Origin: a virus
Lineage: Duplodnaviria; Caudoviricetes
Reading direction: 5' to 3' (one strand)
Length of the DNA: 64,000 nucleotides
Virus record (IMG/VR): IMGVR_UViG_3300032116_000009
Position numbers and translations under genes: made by a program. The notes under the pieces are model-generated. The model saw only the letters and a list, made by a program, of their open reading frames with translations. It searched no databases and was not told where the DNA came from. Below are positions 27,363 to 36,649 of this stretch, in pieces (the first letter of the stretch is position 1; the number at the start of each line of letters is the position of its first letter).

Positions 27363-27884
27363 TTAGGATAAAGAACAAATTATAACATCAATATATTGAA
27401 CTCTAAAATCTATACTTGCTGAAAAAGGAGCTGTACCGCTCCATGGGTGTGAGTGAGCCCCACCATTAGGTACGGGGTTAGCTCCACTATTGGGGAAATT
27501 TCTTGTCCAACCTCCACCAGAGGCAACATCACCGCCACCAGGAGTTAATCCTATGGATCCACCATTAGCATGAGTGTGCGAAGGTAGTTGTGCTGTCGTA
27601 AGAGTAGTATCCCCTACAGTTCCAGTAATAGTAACTGTAGTAGTAACAGGTTTTAAACTATTAGGGAAAGCAGATGAAAAAGCAGTAGTACCTCCAGAAC
27701 CACCACCAGTACCAGAAACGACTCTTAAAGCCTTATCGTTTTGGGTCGTTACTTGAGCCCATCCAGTAGGGGCAGATGCTTGGAAAAAAACCGATACGCT
27801 ACTCTGAGGCACTATTCCATATTTGGAATTTAGTGATGTACCGTCACCAAACGTTATTCCAGTTGTTGTTAATACTGCTGCCAT
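27363..27884 (-). CDS. Short tail fiber/collar-like protein
   Basis: FFQASAPTGW...NDKALRVVSG...LTTAQLPSHTH...HSHPW...YIDVIICS. Confidence 0.65.
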   Translation of the reverse strand: MAAVLTTTGITFGDGTSLNSKYGIVPQSSVSVFFQASAPTGWAQVTTQNDKALRVVSGTGGGSGGTTAFSSAFPNSLKPVTTTVTITGTVGDTTLTTAQLPSHTHANGGSIGLTPGGGDVASGGGWTRNFPNSGANPVPNGGAHSHPWSGTAPFSASIDFRVQYIDVIICSLS

Positions 27885-27925
27885 TATACTATTATCCGAC
27901 TAAGAGATATTTTAAGTTATTTATT

Positions 27926-28474
27926 TTATCCATCAAAACTACACATGATGATGTCAATATATTGAACACCGACACTTAGACCCAAACTACCAATTGGACC
28001 AGATCCTGTAAATGGATGGGTGTGAGTTTGATCTGATCCACCTGAACCTGTTGCTGGTGAATTTCTTGACCAACCAGTTCCAGCTCTAACATCTCCACCA
28101 GTATATGAACCATCTGGGTTTTGAGGGTTAATAGTTAAGGATACTTCACCACCATTGGAGTGGATGTGGGAAGGAATTTGACTTGTAACTAAAGCAGGTC
28201 CAGGTTGAATTCCACTGGTAGGTGCAGTTACTGTTCCAGTTAAAGCTACAGTAGGGGAAAATACCGTAGTAAAATTTGTAGTTCCACCAGAACCTGCACC
28301 CGTACCCGAAACAACTCTTAAAGCTTTATTATCTTGTGTTATTATTTTGGTCCATCCAGTAGGTGCAGCTGCTTGAAAGTATGACCAAACTGTTGAAGTT
28401 GGAAAAAGTTGTCTCCTAGAATTTAATTCATTTCCAGCAGAGAAAAATATTCCATTAGTAGTTAATATAGCCAT
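27926..28474 (-). CDS. Short tail fiber/collar-like protein (paralog)
   Basis: YFQAAAPTGW...DNKALRVVSG...QIPSHIH...HTHPF...YIDIIMCS. Confidence 0.65.
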   Translation of the reverse strand: MAILTTNGIFFSAGNELNSRRQLFPTSTVWSYFQAAAPTGWTKIITQDNKALRVVSGTGAGSGGTTNFTTVFSPTVALTGTVTAPTSGIQPGPALVTSQIPSHIHSNGGEVSLTINPQNPDGSYTGGDVRAGTGWSRNSPATGSGGSDQTHTHPFTGSGPIGSLGLSVGVQYIDIIMCSFDG

Positions 28475-28618
28475 ATATCTACCTTAGTTTGACCATAATC
28501 AAATTATTTATTATTGCTTCTTGGTTTGGAACATTCATTGCAATAGTATGAATAACCATCTCGAAAATACTTGACAACTTCAAAGTTTTCTTTTAATGAT
28601 TTTTCAATTCCACACTTA

Positions 28619-28798
28619 TCACAAATCCTTGTCTTTTTTTGTAGACTTTCGGATTCGTTTGAGCTCTTTGAGTTCCATCTTAATATTTTTGTAAGCAGTG
28701 TCAGCATCTAATTTGCCTCCCATTTCCATCGCTATGATGACATCGACTCTTGTACCAAAGTGTGCTAAAGCTTTTTCAAAGTCATCTAGTTCATACAT
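28619..28798 (-). CDS. Conserved cyanophage small protein
   Basis: Hand-translated MYELDDFEKALAHFGTRVDVIIAMEMGGKLDADTAYKNIKMELKELK. Confidence 0.65.
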   Translation of the reverse strand: MYELDDFEKALAHFGTRVDVIIAMEMGGKLDADTAYKNIKMELKELKRIRKSTKKDKDL

Positions 28799-29060
28799 TG
28801 TTGTCAGTCCATTTTTCAGCAGTCAATATATCTATACGAGCATCAACAGCATCAATAGAGTTTGTAATTTCGTATAGAGTATTTGTAGTCTCAACATTCT
28901 CATCTTCAAGTTTACGAACGTCAAAAATGAGACTAGTGTACCTGTCCTCCAGTTCAGATACTCTACGTTGAAGATCAACTAGAAGATCTGTTAAAGAGTA
29001 TTTTTCTCCTGTAATTTCATCAATAACAAATGTGTGATTTGTAAAACTATAATCATTCAT
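28791..29060 (-). CDS. Coiled-coil hypothetical protein
   Basis: VSELED...ENVETTNTLYE...VDARIDIL; start moved to ATG 29060. Confidence 0.6.
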   Translation of the reverse strand: MNDYSFTNHTFVIDEITGEKYSLTDLLVDLQRRVSELEDRYTSLIFDVRKLEDENVETTNTLYEITNSIDAVDARIDILTAEKWTDNNV

Positions 29061-29112
29061 GATTTTTTTCCAAACAGATTGAAATTTTAGAGAAAACTTA
29101 TCAATATAATAT

Positions 29113-29766
29113 TTAAACATTAATACTATCCCAATCCTTTTGGAAGATATCAAGTCCTTCACGAGTAAGAACACTTTCATACATTTTATCAAAGATTGAT
29201 GAAGGAATAGTTACAATATCAGCTCCCTCACGATAACACAACGCAACTACTTCTGGACTACGAACTGATGCGGCCAAAATTTGCGGAACAGAAGTATCAT
29301 AACAGTTATCATAAATCATACGAATACTCTTAATCAACTCAAGTCCATCAAATCCATTATCAGTCAAGCGTCCTACAAAAGGAGAAACATAAGTTGCACC
29401 AGCCTTTGCAGCAAGAACAGCTTGAGATGCAGAGAAGATGAGAGTTACGTTAACTGTTGCACCAATACTACGAAGTTGTCTACAAGCTTTAAGTCCTTCT
29501 ACAGTACAGGGAACTTTTATTGTAACGTTATCAAGTTGCAAATATGGTTGAGCTTGCTCGACCATACCTTCACATGTATTCGAAACTACTTCTGCAGAGA
29601 TAGATTCAAACTCAGAGAAAGATTCTGAAATACTTTTAATAACTTGATATGGATCTTTACCACTCTTTTTAATTAGAGTTGGATTGGTGGTAACTCCATC
29701 AATCAATCCTGTGACATACTTATCAGAAATTTCTTCAAAATTTGCAGTATCCAAAAATATTTTCAT
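29113..29766 (-). CDS. talC: Transaldolase (TalC/fructose-6-phosphate aldolase type)
   Basis: MKIFLDTAN, GVTTNPTLI, VTIKVPCT (Schiff-base Lys), NVTLIFS, YVSPFVGR and ILAASVR. Confidence 0.95.
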   Translation of the reverse strand: MKIFLDTANFEEISDKYVTGLIDGVTTNPTLIKKSGKDPYQVIKSISESFSEFESISAEVVSNTCEGMVEQAQPYLQLDNVTIKVPCTVEGLKACRQLRSIGATVNVTLIFSASQAVLAAKAGATYVSPFVGRLTDNGFDGLELIKSIRMIYDNCYDTSVPQILAASVRSPEVVALCYREGADIVTIPSSIFDKMYESVLTREGLDIFQKDWDSINV

Positions 29767-29783
29767 AATAATCTCCAAAAAAT

Positions 29784-30005
29784 TTACAGTATTCCAACTT
29801 CTTTTAGGTATCTTCTATATGCCATAAATCTGCGAAGAGAAGGTTGCCCTGGAATAGGGCCTAAACTTTCACAGATTTCACAATAACATAACCAATCATA
29901 CCACGGAGTTGTTGGATCCAGAGCTGGGTGTGGACTCCTTTGTGTGTAGTTCTTTAAGGAGTTGAAGAAGTTCTGGAGTTTCGTCCCATTCCCAAATTGT
30001 TCCAT
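29784..30005 (-). CDS. Conserved cyanophage hypothetical protein (start uncertain)
   Basis: PHPALDPTTPWYDWLCYCEICESLG...RRFMAYRRYLKEVG. Confidence 0.55.
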   Translation of the reverse strand: MEQFGNGTKLQNFFNSLKNYTQRSPHPALDPTTPWYDWLCYCEICESLGPIPGQPSLRRFMAYRRYLKEVGIL

Positions 30006-30033
30006 CTTTTTGTGTGTAAGTTCTTTTAGTCAT
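29896..30033 (-). CDS. Small hypothetical protein (MTKRTYTQKDGTIWEWDETP...)
   Basis: Hand-translated 45 aa ORF overlapping the previous ORF in a different frame. Confidence 0.5.
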   Translation of the reverse strand: MTKRTYTQKDGTIWEWDETPELLQLLKELHTKESTPSSGSNNSVV

Positions 30034-30150
30034 AGTTTTAGATGTTTAAATAACTCTACAAAATTTGCATGTCCCTTATATAATACACCACCTATAATTA
30101 TTAAGTCAAGCAAAAAAAGAATAACTAGGACAATTACAAGTGGTACTGTA

Positions 30151-30378
30151 TTAGATTGCGGGTGTTGGTTGGTCATTAGTATTTAATTCTATATAAATGT
30201 CCTGACTATCATTCCAATGTCTAATTACTCCCGCAACAATAAAACAATTTGTAATTAGGTATGTGATAAAAATAAAAGTTCTTATCCAAGCAACAAGGTC
30301 AGACTCTTTATCGCACTTAGATGCCTTTTCCCCAAGAGCTTTTGCCCACCATCTCCATATAGTCTTTTTTCTTTTCAA
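30151..30378 (-). CDS. Conserved cyanophage membrane protein
   Basis: WRWWAKALGEKA...AWIRTFIF...IVAGVIRHW. Confidence 0.7.
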   Translation of the reverse strand: MKRKKTIWRWWAKALGEKASKCDKESDLVAWIRTFIFITYLITNCFIVAGVIRHWNDSQDIYIELNTNDQPTPAI

Positions 30379-30596
30379 AGTTTTCCTCCAACAAAACTTT
30401 CATATTTAATTTCTGTTTCAGAAAACCCTTCCTGTTTTTGTTTTAGATACCACCGAGTTGCATTAATACAATTTTCCTTTGTCAGTGAGGTTATAATACT
30501 CTTACCATCTCTATCGTAAGAGTCCCATGTACCCCACTTGCGTTCTTCTACTCGAAACGCATCGTCAATCCACTCAAAATTTTCCATAGTTATCAA
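30375..30596 (-). CDS. Conserved cyanophage hypothetical protein
   Basis: WIDDAFRVE..KWGTWDSYD...YESFVGGKL. Confidence 0.7.
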   Translation of the reverse strand: MITMENFEWIDDAFRVEERKWGTWDSYDRDGKSIITSLTKENCINATRWYLKQKQEGFSETEIKYESFVGGKL

Positions 30597-30765
30597 GAAT
30601 TTACAGTCAACTCGTAATCTTTTTTATTAAGTTTATGTCTAGTAAGATACTTATCTAGATGTTCTTTACATTCAAACCAACAGGTTCTTTTGTCTTTACC
30701 CTCCTTTACATCAAGTCTATACGGAAAAGATTCGTAAGGAAATTTTTCATTACTAGAAATGGCCA

Positions 30766-31239
30766 TTATTCTCCGAGGGTATGAATCACTGGTTTTTCGT
30801 GTGCAAGAATGCGATACAGTTCTGCATCCTGAGCGGCAGAAATTGGAACAAATTCGGTCTCAGGGTTGAAGTCTTCGTCACGAATTGCCTGATTGATGAC
30901 GATTGAACCTTCCTCACCAGAATATGAGCGATGATAGGTCATCTTTGGAATCACAAGAGCACCAGAACTACGATTCAGGTGAACAATATGATATGGATAC
31001 CTCCAAGTTGGATTCACAAGTTCAAAGGTTCTGATTCCAGACAGTACACGATTGTGGTCAATCTGTTGATAGTGAATATAAAATTGTTTTGCACCGACAA
31101 CATCATCAGGTGGAGAAATTGCAGGACCTGTATGAACAACAAGGTCTTGTGCATTTGAGTTTTCTACTGAAATATCATAGAAGACAACCGAATCTGTCTC
31201 ACGGAAAACCCTGTGTTTTTTGAAAGATACTTCGCTCAT
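30766..31239 (-). CDS. Conserved cyanophage/cyanobacterial cupin-like protein
   Basis: FRETDSVVFYDI...HTGPAISPPDD...QFYIHYQQIDHNRVLSG...YHRSYSG. Confidence 0.7.
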   Translation of the reverse strand: MSEVSFKKHRVFRETDSVVFYDISVENSNAQDLVVHTGPAISPPDDVVGAKQFYIHYQQIDHNRVLSGIRTFELVNPTWRYPYHIVHLNRSSGALVIPKMTYHRSYSGEEGSIVINQAIRDEDFNPETEFVPISAAQDAELYRILAHEKPVIHTLGE

Positions 31240-31264
31240 GATTGATTATATAATAATGTTTTGT

Positions 31265-32143
31265 TCATAAACTTACATAAGATTTAGACATTTTTTTCCA
31301 TTGCATTTCTGGAGAATTTAGATCATACAAAAAATTAGTTCTTTCAAATGTTCTTATTTTGAGATCTTCTTGTTGAATAAAATTAAAAACTTTTTCACTG
31401 ACTTTTAAATTTGGTATTATTTTTGTTAAATACGAAACATGATCAATAGGTGGAGGATGTAAATCATACTTGTACCTATATCTACCGCAATCATTCTTTT
31501 TTATTTTTACTCCAGGCCAAGTAGTTGAATTATACTGCACTGTTAGGAAATCTGGTTCTATTTCATTTAATAGATCTTTATATAAATCTAACACGTCAGA
31601 TGTATCCAATACTACATCATCTAGAGAATTGTAAGAATGACAATTAGTTGTTTTTTTGATAATAGGCATATGACTCAACATCAAAAAGTCCGAATCAATG
31701 TAATTTAAAAAATTAAAAGTTAATGATATTAATCCAAGATCTCTAATTAGAAATCCTCTATAATCGACATAATTTTTAATATATTGTAAATCATACAATC
31801 CGTCATGAATAGAATTGTATATGTTTCCACAACACTGCCATTTTCTATTAATATATCGGTCTTCACGATTTACTGTAGTCCACATTACTATTATCAAATC
31901 TTTATTGTTAAAATGAAATCTTTGATTCATTTCAGCAACTTGATTTGATATAAATGCGTTTCCGGCTCCAGGAGATCCAAAATTATAATATTTTGGAATG
32001 TGAAGTCCGATAACGTCAGCCCAAGTTGGCCAAAAATAGTCAGTCATACTACATCCAAAAGAAAAGAATCTCTCATACTTATTAAAGTTTAGATGATCTA
32101 TTTTTGGCACTTTAATAAAAATAATTTTTATATTATTTAACAC
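31265..32143 (-). CDS. SGNH/GDSL-like hydrolase-fold hypothetical protein
   Basis: FSFGCSMT...NFGSPGAGN...VMWT...DLHP follows the SGNH block pattern. Confidence 0.55.
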   Translation of the reverse strand: MLNNIKIIFIKVPKIDHLNFNKYERFFSFGCSMTDYFWPTWADVIGLHIPKYYNFGSPGAGNAFISNQVAEMNQRFHFNNKDLIIVMWTTVNREDRYINRKWQCCGNIYNSIHDGLYDLQYIKNYVDYRGFLIRDLGLISLTFNFLNYIDSDFLMLSHMPIIKKTTNCHSYNSLDDVVLDTSDVLDLYKDLLNEIEPDFLTVQYNSTTWPGVKIKKNDCGRYRYKYDLHPPPIDHVSYLTKIIPNLKVSEKVFNFIQQEDLKIRTFERTNFLYDLNSPEMQWKKMSKSYVSL

Positions 32144-32303
32144 ATTTTACTTGGATATCCACAGACTTTGTGGCATTAGACATCTCACGATAACCCATAC
32201 CAACATACACCTGACCACTCACTACGGCAATGGCCATGATTCCCCAAAAAATATAGTACCATTTAGATTTTACTTGGTGATGTTTAAGTAGATCTTTTTC
32301 CAT
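32133..32303 (-). CDS. Small membrane protein
   Basis: Hand-translated MEKDLLKHHQVKSKWYYIFWGIMAIAVVSGQVYVG. Confidence 0.55.
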   Translation of the reverse strand: MEKDLLKHHQVKSKWYYIFWGIMAIAVVSGQVYVGMGYREMSNATKSVDIQVKCVK

Positions 32304-32310
32304 AATTATC

Positions 32311-33348
32311 TTAAGTATTTGGATTAAGTATTCTTGGTTTGATTAGACCTTGATTCTTTAACTGATTATAATTTCTAACCCACTTATTAACATTAACATC
32401 AATAGTACAATGACAATATTTTTTATTACAAATGACAGGCATAGTCGGCCATTTTATTTGTTCAAACTCATCTATATTTCCAATGGGTCCACCAATACCA
32501 CAATTAGCTAGATATATCTGTCCAGATGAATTTACAAATAAACTTTTCAATCCAACTTCACAAACATATCCTTCAAAATTAGTCATACCACAATTAATAA
32601 ATTCTATTGAATTTATATTGTTATTTGGGTCATCTAACAAAATAGATCCATCTTCAAATTGAAAATCGGATGTTATTTTTAGAATTTCCTGTTTTCCCAA
32701 ATGTTTTAGTATCTTTTGGTGGGGTTTTGCAGCTTCATCAGTATGAAACCAATCTAATTGATCTTTTGTGTAGATATGAGTTTCTTTATGTTTACTACCC
32801 CAATCCATAATTCTAACTGGTTCCAAAAAGCAAGTATCAATATCTTTTAATGAATTGAAAACTTCTATACAATGATCCCACTTAGAAGGAAGCATCATTA
32901 GTCGCACAGTTACGAATGTGTTTAAACTTGCAGCAATTACTTTTTCTTTAAAATCTTTAACAGGAAATTCTGGGTGGTATGAAAAACAAACATACTTTAA
33001 ATACTTTGAAATATCTTCCCAATATTCTATTGGTTTAAATGCATTACTAGTTGTACCTATAGTATGACCATTAGAATTAAAAAACTTTACCAACTCAGGA
33101 AAAAAGTGACTAATACTTGGCTCACCACCAGTAACTGAACAATGAATTTTTGGATACTTTTCGAATAATAATTCTAAGAATTTTTTTGCATTCTCCCATT
33201 TATAATGATGACCTTTACCTGAGTTTAATTCTGGTAAACAATATGTGCATTTATTATTGCATATATTATTAATCATCCATGTCAAATGCATCAAAGATGA
33301 ATCTTTTTGAATTACTCGAATAATTTTTTTATCCTTTAATTCAATCAT
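32311..33348 (-). CDS. Radical SAM protein with C-terminal Cys-rich (SPASM/twitch-like) region
   Basis: CNNKCTYC (CxxxCxxC), TGGEP and a C-terminal CEVG...C...C-x4-C-x-C. Confidence 0.88.
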   Translation of the reverse strand: MIELKDKKIIRVIQKDSSLMHLTWMINNICNNKCTYCLPELNSGKGHHYKWENAKKFLELLFEKYPKIHCSVTGGEPSISHFFPELVKFFNSNGHTIGTTSNAFKPIEYWEDISKYLKYVCFSYHPEFPVKDFKEKVIAASLNTFVTVRLMMLPSKWDHCIEVFNSLKDIDTCFLEPVRIMDWGSKHKETHIYTKDQLDWFHTDEAAKPHQKILKHLGKQEILKITSDFQFEDGSILLDDPNNNINSIEFINCGMTNFEGYVCEVGLKSLFVNSSGQIYLANCGIGGPIGNIDEFEQIKWPTMPVICNKKYCHCTIDVNVNKWVRNYNQLKNQGLIKPRILNPNT

Positions 33349-33535
33349 ATAAATTTTGTTCTTGTTGTACTCTATCTATATGATGATAGATGGTTGAGTT
33401 TGAATATTGAAATTCTTTGAACCGTTGGGGTTTTTTCTTTTGCATTGTTATGAGCATGTTGATCCAGTCGTAACGTTTATCCACAGACCAACCATACCGA
33501 CGTTCATCGTGAAATAAATCAAAAATTGAAATCAT
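33341..33535 (-). CDS. Hypothetical protein
   Basis: Operon-packed ORF. Confidence 0.55.
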   Translation of the reverse strand: MISIFDLFHDERRYGWSVDKRYDWINMLITMQKKKPQRFKEFQYSNSTIYHHIDRVQQEQNLYD

Positions 33536-33726
33536 TATTTTAAATAGTTAGGTTTTTCAGTATCAAATGTCGTCCATTTTGCATCTTTCATTCTAAGACA
33601 CATTAACAAAGTTTGATGTTCACGATCATATAATTCCCAGTCTCCCTTACACTTGGCAAAATATCGTCTTCGATAGGCACAACACCAAACATTATAATAA
33701 ATTTTTGACTTCTCAGAAAGAGCCAT
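33535..33726 (-). CDS. Conserved cyanophage hypothetical protein
   Basis: YYNVWCCAYRRRY...REHQTLLMCL. Confidence 0.6.
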   Translation of the reverse strand: MALSEKSKIYYNVWCCAYRRRYFAKCKGDWELYDREHQTLLMCLRMKDAKWTTFDTEKPNYLK

Positions 33727-33967
33727 TTCCTAAACACTCAAAACAAACACTATTAAATTTACCTTCGACTCCACGAAGAATAAGTTTAGTGTGAGAAGAT
33801 TTTACAATCATTTTCTCAACATAATAAATTCCACCATAGATAAGAAGATTTTCTGGATCAGTATTATTACCCCACATAACTTGTTCTCGGGTGCATCCAG
33901 TAAATTTTACAAAGTCTCCTTCCTTGATTTCTCTAGAAATATATTTAATTTTTCGGAGGTCTTTCAT
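33713..33967 (-). CDS. Conserved hypothetical protein
   Basis: GCTREQVMWGNNTDP...SHTKL.L.GVEGKFNSVCF. Confidence 0.6.
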   Translation of the reverse strand: MKDLRKIKYISREIKEGDFVKFTGCTREQVMWGNNTDPENLLIYGGIYYVEKMIVKSSHTKLILRGVEGKFNSVCFECLGNGSF

Positions 33968-34239
33968 TTTACTACGGTTGTTTGAGTTTTGGGTTGTGTT
34001 TTTACTTTAGTCGGATCTTCATAGGGAACTTTACCATTTTTCTCATACATTAAAATGTCGTACTTAAATTTACATTCATGAGGCCTTTGATTACAGAGAA
34101 TCAAAGTGTCTTCTACAGAACGATAAGATCCAGTAGAAGATCCAATAGAACCACCAATTAAAATGGATAATCCGAAGATTCCAATGTTTTTAATGGTAAC
34201 AATACGATCAATCATGTTCAGAATATATGTTTCCCACAT
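33964..34239 (-). CDS. Hypothetical membrane protein
   Basis: One hydrophobic segment; operon packing. Confidence 0.5.
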   Translation of the reverse strand: MWETYILNMIDRIVTIKNIGIFGLSILIGGSIGSSTGSYRSVEDTLILCNQRPHECKFKYDILMYEKNGKVPYEDPTKVKTQPKTQTTVVK

Positions 34240-34273
34240 TCTACCACACTTTTGATTTTATGCAAGGTGGGTG

Positions 34274-34993
34274 TCAGTTGACTTTGGGCTTTCCAATCCA
34301 TCTAGCTTTCTTACCACTAGAAAAATTATATTCAAATATAGGTCGTGACTCTACATTTACTTCAATAAAAAACGCACAAACAACTCTAAGTTTATCAGAA
34401 GCTTTGAACGAATGCCATGTCACATCTTTTTCTGGACAAAATAAAATAGAAGAGTTTGGTTTCCACTCTACTATTTTTTGTACATCATCTTCAGATTCAA
34501 TAGAGTGTAGTATTGTTCCTATGTTATTTTCTGGTGAGAGATAAACTATAAAAGTTATAATTTTTCTACTAACATCATCATGCGGAGGAAACCAATTATA
34601 AGGAAAATCTAAGTTGATGTTTGCCTGAACAAAAACTTCTTGTTCTGGTGATGGTTTTCTACTATTAGGATACCTATCAAGGATAGACTTAGATAACTTT
34701 AAAAAATCTTGAGCAACATCAAATAATACTTCAACCACATCTTCGGACACTCCGCACTTAATTAAATCCAGAATATCAAGTACGGCTCCTCCAGGTGAAG
34801 TCCTAGCATCAAAAAATATCTTCTCCTTAAGAAAAGAATTTTTTTGAATATTTTCTTTAGTTAAAAGGAATCTTGGTATCGTCTTTAAAACTTCAAAAGA
34901 TTTTTGATCTATAGTTTGTTCTATGATCTGATGAGGCCAAGGTTCTTGTAATATTTGACCTCCAACAATAGGTTCCTCATTTAACAACATCAC
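34274..34993 (-). CDS. 2OG-Fe(II) oxygenase-like protein
   Basis: PPHDD...ITFIVYL...WKPN...TWHSF...LRV gives HxD...H plus the Arg. Confidence 0.75.
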   Translation of the reverse strand: MMLLNEEPIVGGQILQEPWPHQIIEQTIDQKSFEVLKTIPRFLLTKENIQKNSFLKEKIFFDARTSPGGAVLDILDLIKCGVSEDVVEVLFDVAQDFLKLSKSILDRYPNSRKPSPEQEVFVQANINLDFPYNWFPPHDDVSRKIITFIVYLSPENNIGTILHSIESEDDVQKIVEWKPNSSILFCPEKDVTWHSFKASDKLRVVCAFFIEVNVESRPIFEYNFSSGKKARWIGKPKVN

Positions 34994-35880
34994 TCTTCTC
35001 GTAGGTAGTCAAATGTCATACAATGTAGTCCCCCATCCCACAAATACCTATGCCTAAAGGGAACAATGATTGGTTCAACATTATGTTTTTCCAGAAACTC
35101 GAAAACTTGTTTGTTATATCTAGTAACCATTAGATGTTCTGAATCTAATTGAAGAGCATTAACATCAAAAAAAGTTTCTGGAGAATATCCTACCCAATCT
35201 TTATACTCATACGGAATTTGATTTGGGGACCAAACAAATTTATCTTTGGTCATATCCATAGCCTTAATGTCTTGAGTATTGTGTTCCAAGTACAAAATAT
35301 CCCACCCAGGAAAACAATGTTCCAAGTTACGACCTTGAGGTGTAGATATGATTACACCTTCTTTTACAACCACAAAGACTCCATCTGTGTGTCGTTCGAT
35401 ATTAAAATCCCTACAAGAAAATCTTTCATAAATACATTCCACTTCAGGATTTGCATTTTTAAAGTAATCGAATCTCTTTCTCGTCCATGCAACTGCATCA
35501 AAATAAACTCGATCAGCTCGGATAACACTAGGAGCACAAAGATTATCTAACGTAATATAGTTACTTCTATGATCTAACAACTCCAACCAATCAATGATAT
35601 TTTCTTCATATCTAGGACCAACATACAACTTATTATTAATATATTGTAGGTGATCTCTTGCATGTAGTAGTTGAGGTTTTTTTGTTACATCTGGATTTTT
35701 ATATGTCGGTCTTTTAACTACAACACCAAATGTTTCCAATACTTCTGAAAAGTTTTTTAGATCTTCTTCAGTTTCATCAAGAATTTCTTTGATAAAAGAA
35801 TCTTCAACGAGATCGGACGAGTAGGCCCTACCCACCCAACATTCTTTAAGTTTGTTATATTCTGGAAAATATTTACTCAT
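34990..35880 (-). CDS. Second amidinotransferase-family protein
   Basis: EYNKLKECWVG, HARD, HTDG, FDVNAL and WDGGLHCMTFD. Confidence 0.82.
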   Translation of the reverse strand: MSKYFPEYNKLKECWVGRAYSSDLVEDSFIKEILDETEEDLKNFSEVLETFGVVVKRPTYKNPDVTKKPQLLHARDHLQYINNKLYVGPRYEENIIDWLELLDHRSNYITLDNLCAPSVIRADRVYFDAVAWTRKRFDYFKNANPEVECIYERFSCRDFNIERHTDGVFVVVKEGVIISTPQGRNLEHCFPGWDILYLEHNTQDIKAMDMTKDKFVWSPNQIPYEYKDWVGYSPETFFDVNALQLDSEHLMVTRYNKQVFEFLEKHNVEPIIVPFRHRYLWDGGLHCMTFDYLREE

Positions 35881-35914
35881 TGTGATATAATGTCTTTAGA
35901 AATTATAACATGAA

Positions 35915-36649
35915 ATGAAATTATTTGCAGGTCCTTGTGCTCTAGAATCCGGAGAGGTTTGTTTTGAAGTTGCAAAAACAATTTCAAAATACATCCCAAA
36001 ACACGTAGACTTTTACTTCAAAACTTCTTTCGAGAAAGCAAACAGATCAAGTCATAATAGTTTTACTGGAAAAGGTTATGGATACGCAATGGACGTATTC
36101 TCAGAACTCAGAACGTCTGGGTATAAAATTATCACTGACATACACTTACCAAATCAAGTAGATTTATTTCATGATTATGTAGATGCATTCCAAGTTCCAG
36201 CATTTTTGTGTAGACAGTCGGAACTATTAGAAGCTGTTGCAAAAAGTGGAAAACTAGTAAATGTAAAAAAAGGACAATTTATTTCTCCTAGAAATGCAAT
36301 TCTTCTTGGAGAAAAGATGGAATCGTATGGTTGTGAAGATTTTTATATTTGCGAAAGAGGAAGTTGTTTTGGATATGACAACTTAGTAGTAGACTTTAGA
36401 ACAATTGATATTCTTAAGAATGCAGGATTCAAAGTATGTTTTGATGCAACACACTCTACTCAGGAAGGAGGAGACTCTGTTACAAGTGGAAACTGGAAGT
36501 ATGCAGAAAAATTGTCCAAGAGTGCTCTCGTTTGGGGAACTGATGCACTGTTTGTAGAAGTGCATCCTAAGCCCTCTGAGGCACTCTCAGACAAGGATTG
36601 TCAGATTCCTTTATCAGAGTTTCCGAACTATCTCTCTAGCGTCTTCTAA
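35915..36649 (+). CDS. kdsA: KDO-8-phosphate synthase
   Basis: FAGPCALE, FKTSFEKANRSS, VNVKKGQF, CERG-CFGYDNLVVD, FDATHS and EVHP.P.EALSD. Confidence 0.93.
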   Translation: MKLFAGPCALESGEVCFEVAKTISKYIPKHVDFYFKTSFEKANRSSHNSFTGKGYGYAMDVFSELRTSGYKIITDIHLPNQVDLFHDYVDAFQVPAFLCRQSELLEAVAKSGKLVNVKKGQFISPRNAILLGEKMESYGCEDFYICERGSCFGYDNLVVDFRTIDILKNAGFKVCFDATHSTQEGGDSVTSGNWKYAEKLSKSALVWGTDALFVEVHPKPSEALSDKDCQIPLSEFPNYLSSVF

